A DNA stretch of 64,000 nt from positions 17,050,001 to 17,114,000 of the forward strand of contig OZ365115.1 of the NCBI GenBank assembly GCA_977030845.1. The letters are read 5' to 3'. The translations under genes were made by a program, and so were the position numbers. This document shows, one piece after another, positions 51,101-57,100 of the stretch (position 1 is its first letter; each line of letters begins with the position of its first letter). A model generated the notes under the pieces. It worked only from the letters and a program-made list of their open reading frames with translations. It did not search any database and had not been told where the DNA came from. The DNA comes from Fimbriosthenelais zetlandica. Taxonomy: Eukaryota.

Positions 51101-54100
51101 AGCTGTTGCGAATGTATGCCAATGCAAAACTAGTTATTTCATCTAGAGTACATGTTGCACTTCCTTGTGTAGCCATGGGCACGCCAATCATTTTCTTAAA
51201 CCGAAAAAGCATGTATGGGGCAACAACGAGAAGCCCTTCGGCCAGAGTGTCAGGGTTGTTAGATCTGTTCCATACAGTAGATTGGTATAAGATGACAGAC
51301 GCAGAGATTAAGAACTTCTTACATAACTTTAACTGGGATAATCCACCACCTAATCCAAATCCTGAACTCGCACGCAAGCTGATGAAGACAACCAGGGGGA
51401 TATTAACAAAGGATGACATTATCAAAGATTCCTTGCACATGTACTATGATTTTATTGCTAATCATTATTGAGTTGGAAATTTACATTAATTATTTTATTT
51501 TCAATAAAACTATAATTTAATTATAATTTGTAAAGACAAAATAATACACTAAGCACGGAAGAGTGGCATATCTCTGGACATTTTCTGCGCATTTTAGATC
51601 CATATATGAGAAAAACCATGCACAGAAAAAAAGCTATATAAAATATTTTATATTGCTGATGAGCTATTAAGACGAAATTTATGAGGCGTAACCATATAAT
51701 TATCGAACAAACATCATGGGTGTTTCATTGAGGGATTACTTACGACGCCTGAAGATGCGAAAAGACAGTTCAGAATAGAATTGTGAATTATTGGAATGTA
51801 CTATTTATTATTTTTATAAATGACATACTTAATTAGCCTCTTTGTTCTCGTGTATCGATGAATGCGGACGATACTGCCTTTGTTTTGATAGATGACGACC
51901 TAAACAATTTGTACAATTTAATGCAAAACGATACTAAGCAATTTTCGTCCTGGTGTGCTAATACTGGTTTAAAAATTAATAGTAAACAATCCTTCTCACA
52001 AATAAATTGTAAGAAATCTCTGAAAGGTGTTGTCAATTCATGTAATTGTAAACTCAAGTGTAATAATGACGAAATAGTTTTAAAACGCACTGTAACATAC
52101 CTTGGAATTAAATTAGACTGGATCGGAGTACAGCCATATTGGTGCTAAAGACCTTCCTCCTACCTATCCTTGATTTCGGTATTAAAAAAATGGAGAAGAA
52201 ATATCTGGAAATAGATTTCACTCGGATGACTTGGTATACATAGAGGACGACACAAATGTATATAAAATGTAACCCAGTGCCCCAGTGGCACACGCTGGCA
52301 ACTTGTCACACATGGCTAATCCCTGGGTCACCCAGTCCATCCATTAGAAACTCTGCTATCTTGGGCTAGGGTCTCCATTTAATAATTTCCTGGCAAATAA
52401 CTTTTTCACGATCTGGCAATGATACCGGAAATGACGGGAAGTGGGAATCTGAAATATAACAGCCTACAGGTGACTTATATTCTAACATGGTGTACAGCCA
52501 CCATCTTGTACACCAATCAATGGACCCAAGCCTACCACAAACACCCCGACTACTTCCAGCTCACCGCCTCTCAATTCTTCCTCGCTCTAGTCATCCAACT
52601 GTTCTATATACTTCTATACAAGAGAGACAACCAGAGAGCAGAGCCCCCAAAATGGCCGAATTTCCAGATCTCAGTCGTAAGCATCCTTTTCTTGATTTCA
52701 GATTTGTGCCTCACCGCAGCCTTTGTAACTACCCCAGTGGCTGTGGTCTTCACAATCAAACTTCTGGATCCTGTTATCAGCAAAATTAGATGCATCAAAG
52801 ATTGTCTCATAAAGGAGGTATTACTAGTGGCCATCTTAGTTGCCATAGCAACAGGACTAAACCCGGGCTTTACAGGAAGTGGCACCATCTTTGCCATCAT
52901 TTCACTGGTAACATTTCATTTGAGTCGCATCAGACTGAAAGATCCAAATGCAGTAGTGAATGAAAATTCCAAAAAGACCGGATGTGTAAAATTTAACTTC
53001 CTTCCAAGATATGAAGTTGTTATTTTCATGACATTGTTGACTGGTAGTTTACTGGGTGTCGCTGGTGTTTTGATCCATGGACAAATCAATGCAAATTTCT
53101 GCCATGCCATCAGACCGCAAGTGGCTTGGTTGGCACTCTACTTTTTCATCCAAAAGAATATGTCTTTATTGGTCTATATGGGGACGAGCAGGTCATACTC
53201 TGGAACGATCAGTAGCCTACAAACTGTCTCAATAATCCTGGCAAGCACTTACTTACAGGGAAATGCAGTCTCTGTCCTATCAACATTGGTAACTTGGGCT
53301 GCTGTCCTAGTGGTCTGCCTGCAGGACTCAGATCGGAAAAGGGAAAACAGATCTCAGATGACGACAGATTCTTCTGATTTTTCATATGGATCTGTTCTGA
53401 TGTCTACACTGAAGTTCGCCAGATTTCTAGCTATCACATTTCTAATCTACCTTGCAGTCTTCCATATCTGCAGAAATAGCCAGAGAAAACCACCAACAAT
53501 ACGTGTGGCTTGGACCTTTACAGAAAAGATATCGGACGCATATCTGAACAACCTTTTGAATGTACAACATAGTTTTCCTGGCTCAACAATGGAAGTTTTC
53601 TGTTCAAATGAAGCCTGTATGAAATCTGTAGCCACCATGAGCAGTACACAGGATGTCAAGGCTTCTCGTTTACAGATTTTTGACTTGACAAATGGCACTC
53701 CTTTACATCAGTGGGTCTCCAGACATCCAATATTGAAAATTCAGGCAGGGCCTCACTATGAGAGACACTTACAAAAGGTGCTGCAATTAGCGCTTCAATG
53801 GAAGTACGGTGAAATTGTAGTGGATGCCAATATAAAAATAACTCATATGCAAGCATTTGAAACCGAAGTCAGGAAAATGGATGGCAATGTATGCTACAAT
53901 GGAAATAACCTGCCTTTAGCATTGTGCTACACTGAAAAATCAGGTCATCCGTTTATAAGACATCTGATGACGAATTTTGTTGACAGCTATGAAATCAAGG
54001 GTCCGACAATGTGGCCTTCTAAATGGCAATGGAAATCCGAAAGAGACATTTGGCCTCATGACTTTAATTTTAATAACTTTGTCAACAACTATTCACTTGC

Positions 54101-57100
54101 TTGTACAAGTCCTTGTACCAGAATTCCAATAATACATGCGCAAGAGAGCTTAGAATTAGATCCTGTCTTAAATAGTAAGAAATTTGCCCTAATACGATAC
54201 TACCGTACCGACAATATAGGGGATGAAGTTCAAAGCTTGGCTGCAGCACATGTTTTGCCTCGGGTTGACCATTTCATACAAAGAGACAATGCAATAACTA
54301 TACCAGCCGAAAATGTTGTACTTATAACTAATGCATTTTGGCCAAAAGAAGGGGTAATTTTCCAATCGCCTAACACTGTTAAGCCTCTATTAGTGGCAGT
54401 TCATTTGGATGATACAGAAGAAGGATTGGAAGCCCGAGTTACAAAAGCCAAGGAGTATTTCATAAAACATGGGCCTGTTGGAACAAGAGACACCAACTCC
54501 TTGAATATTTTAAATTCGCTTGGAATTCCAGCTCTATTCAGTGGCTGTATGACATTGTGGATTCAAAACCCATTTGGTCATAAACTACCCAGGGGGAACG
54601 AGATATATGTTGTGGACGTAGTGAGGGGACAAGAGCCATTACTTCCTGAATTTGTTAGAAAAAATGGCGTCTTCTTAAAACACATCAGGGGGTTTCCAGA
54701 TAATCACCAGGTAAAATTTCGCATAGGAGAAGAACTGCTACGAATGTACGCACAGGCAAAAGTAGTGGTGACAGCTCACATACATGTGGCACTTCCCTGT
54801 GTAGCCATGGGCACGCCAGTCATTTTCTTCAATCGAAGAAACTTGGTGGGTGCCTCCAGTAAAAAACCCTCAGCCAGAGTGACTGGGTTGTTAGATCTGT
54901 TCCATACAGTAGATTGGTATAAGATGACAGACGTAGAAATTAAGAACTACTTACATAATTTTAATTGGGATAATCCACCACCTAATCCCAATGCAGAAAA
55001 TGCAAAGGAGATGATGAAGACAATGAGGGGCATGTTAACAAAGGATGACAGTATCAAAAATTCTATAGATATGTACTATGGTTTTTAGTGTGTATATGAC
55101 TTGTATACATGTATACATGTTTATGGTGACATAAATTTGCCCGCGTGCTACGTGGCAAAGGGGATGAATCACTTTATTATTAATTTAACTGCACGATTTT
55201 GATTATTATTATTATACGCTAGTAGTTACGCTTGAAAGCTTCCATGGGTCGATTCATCTGAAGAATTCACCAAGAATTCGGAAATTCTCCCCGAGTTCAG
55301 GTCGTTGATTCTCTTGAAATAACGTTATATATTTATCTTCAATTCATGAAGATCTATGCAACTCCGTTTTTTTTCTTCTAAGAAAACTAATTAATCCATG
55401 ACAAGATCTTCGAACTTGGACTACCTAGGTGAGTTGGCATGGACCAACTACCATGATAATAGTTGGTGAATGGATTGAATGCCATCTATTTTTTTACATG
55501 TTAATTAATGATCATTACATGTTAATTGTAACTTTGTTTAAACAATTTTTGAAAACGAATAAAGTTATTCTCTCATTGTTTTTCTATATCCGACCTAAAT
55601 CATACAAAGTTCCCACTACATATTAGTCATAAGCAGGTTATAATGCACTATACACTGCTTGTCCCATATATATATGAGATGCACGGATGCAATCAATGGT
55701 GATTTAACGCCATGCATGGATGCATCGTTCTCGCTGACACACATAGGTTGGAAAAAACCTTTTCCTTGACTTTTCGATGTAGTATGGCAACCCTATACAT
55801 ATTGGTTCTGAAAACATCCCCTAGGGTGGAGACAGTCGAAGTTTATGAATACAAATTTTATTTTTATCTAGTCCGTATAGTTAATAACAATACGGACTAC
55901 TGTAGTCCCGTATATTTAATAATAATACGGACTGCATTATTCATAGTGACGGCCTCTTTCTTGAATTTCTCAGCAAAAACAAAAGAAAATCGGTGCAACT
56001 AAGAAGCCTGGAGAATCACCGGCGAATGACTGAGTGCTGCCCTCTTTCAAAACCCAATGGTACTAAACTAAACTCATCACGTTCTCATATGGGACCAGTT
56101 ACTTTCACTATAATATATACAATCAAGTAGATATAATATGAATGTATGTATACATAGGCCTACTGAATTTGTGTAAGATGTAAATTCTATACCATGACAT
56201 TTAGGGACGTTTTGAAGGGCATAATTATATTAAGGTCTAACTATAATCAGTTGACTTCTACTTTTCCATCATCATTATTAATCGTCGTAAGTCCTCGAAA
56301 AATCATAATTTCATTTCGGAATTTTTTCACTGTGTCTGTGACTGTCACACATTAGTTTCATTGACACCGATTGCAATAAATTATCCTTCCTTTAACATCC
56401 TTTGTCCTGTCACATGTTCTCCGTGTCAGCATTTGATCAATGAATATATGTGACGAAATAAACAAAGAATACAAAATTACAAAAATGGGACTGTCTCGGT
56501 AAGTATCTGTCCTGATTAAAACCAAAGAGAAATCTCGAATACAGAGCCTATAAAAGGGCCTGGCAAATACAATATATTATCATTGGCGTGAGAGAGAAAA
56601 AAACAGTGTCATAAGCTTCAGAAAGCTAATCCCAGACGCAAGGGTCGATATGAATTATCTCATAAATCCAGCGCCTGCAGACAAGCCTCTGTTGTCTTTG
56701 TGTGCGGGATTATCTTAGAGGATTAACGAGAAAGTGTATATACATGTACGTCTCTATGGCTGGTGTACTATCTGTCTAAGGCCTAAAGTCAAAATTAGCA
56801 TAAAGCTGTATACGGGCCAGGCCCAATTAATATTAATGGGTTTTTGTCTTTTGTATTTTTCACTATCTATGAATTTCCTGTGAACATTTATACGCATAAA
56901 GCTATACATTCTGTTCACTCTAAGTTGATCCGAAACTACCATACATATGTACTGCGGTTTCGGATCAACTTATAGAGTGAACAGACTGTAGGATAATATT
57001 AGGACCATCAATGCTGCTAGTGTCTTTGGCACCATTATAATTGAACATTTAAAAAAAACAATACATGTATGCTTGGTGTATGAATATGAAAAATGCATTT

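Noticed and set aside
44608-53856. Recurrent short sense and antisense ORFs within the three paralogues (e.g. MPFVKSKICKREAL...)
   Set aside because: Shadow frames repeated only because the main genes are near-identical.
44549-55088. Reading the three genes as a bacterial operon or contaminant
   Set aside because: Spacers of 0.9-1.5 kb contain MITEs and a LINE fragment; polyA signals, splice signals and eukaryote-type domains are present; the cluster is embedded between in-frame host exons.
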